From the human T2T-CHM13v2.0 reference genome, Homo sapiens: a stretch of DNA of 64,000 nucleotides. Positions 62,105 to 64,000 of this stretch are shown here, piece after piece. The notes under the pieces were generated by a model. The model was not told the origin of the DNA, did no database searches, and worked only from the letters and a program-made list of their open reading frames with translations. A program made the position numbers and the translations under genes. Numbering within the stretch: position 1 is the stretch's first letter; the number at the start of each line of letters is the position of its first letter. The stretch is from NCBI RefSeq assembly GCF_009914755.1, contig NC_060927.1; one strand, 5' to 3'.

Positions 62105-62804
62105 TGTGAAGGTTTTTAAATAGCCTTAATTGTATAACTATGTAGGAACTTGCCTGTATCCTTATATTCTCATCAACTTGCATATTTTCAAAACTTTTTA
62201 TTTATGCCAATATGATAAGCAACTCTTTTGCTTGTTTCTTAATTTCATATTTATTTAATTATGGCAGCTAAGAATCCTTTTGCATATTCATATGCCATTT
62301 TTCTCTTCTATTTTGGCTAAAGGAGAGCCAAGTTATTTTTTATTTGTTTGTTTGTTTGTTTTGGCAGGGGTCGGCTCTCAAGGAGGTGAAAATGTGGGTT
62401 TGATTTAGGTTATGCTGAGTTGCAATACCTCTAAGATACCTGGTGGAAAAGTAGAAGAACCACGGGAATACAGCAGAGAGGCAAGCTGTTTTGATAGGGT
62501 GTTTCCATTTGGATGAATCTTAGTTCCACATTGAGGGTCTAAGCTCAACAGACCCCTTCATGGTTTTGATTCATAATGTTTCACTCAGAGAGCTCAACTT
62601 GGATCCAGAGATTGGCACAGATTTAAGAAATTGCTGAATGATTTTCCTGCTGGGAGGAAGGGCCATTGGTTTAAACAGAAATACATACTCATTTTAACCA
62701 TTAATTTCTGGCTCTAACTTTTTTCTTTTAATTTAAAAATAATATCAAACTTTCAGAAAAGTTGCAAAAACAGTACAAAGCATACCATTTTTATCAATCA
62801 CCTA

Positions 62805-63645
<841 letters not shown>

Positions 63646-64000
63646 CTGACCAAGTGTTAACATTTGCCACATTTGCTTTATCATTCTTCATCTGGACTCA
63701 TTGAGAGTAGGTTGCATACATTATGCTCCTTTGCTTCTAGATACTTCCTTATATACATTCTAAAAATAATTCTTTTTTAATTTTATGTTCTTAATTGATA
63801 AATAACAATTGTACTTATTCATGGGGTACATAGTGGTGTTTTGGTACATATAATGTATAGTGATCAGATTGAGGTAATTAGCATTTGCACCATCTGAAAT
63901 GTTTGTCATTTCTTAAAACAAAGACTTCTCTTACATATCCACAATATAGCAGGAATTTAACACTGATAACCACTGTTATCTAATCTATAGTGCATATTCC

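Overview
Human/great-ape genomic DNA, not a microbial accessory region. Bases 1-~12.5 kb hold the 3' end of SLC25A36 (mitochondrial pyrimidine nucleotide carrier, + strand): its last three coding exons (2382-2448, 5169-5458, 7719-7912) and a long 3' UTR with alternative poly(A) signals. The other ~51 kb looks intergenic and is dominated by interspersed repeats. These include a Tigger2 DNA transposon split by five nested insertions (among them a full-length but dead L1PA5-like element), a solo LTR12 inside an Alu, a very young AluY, a 5'-truncated SVA, and many older Alu/L1M/MLT/MIR/L2 fragments. I found no convincing new multi-gene system, and apart from the exon-containing 5158-5604 and the L1 fragments, the ORF track appears to be repeat-derived or chance ORFs. 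The best lead is a tandem CAG/AAG splice acceptor that adds or removes the acidic residue of the third carrier signature motif. Repeat subfamily names come from remembered consensus sequences, and boundaries of old repeats are approximate.
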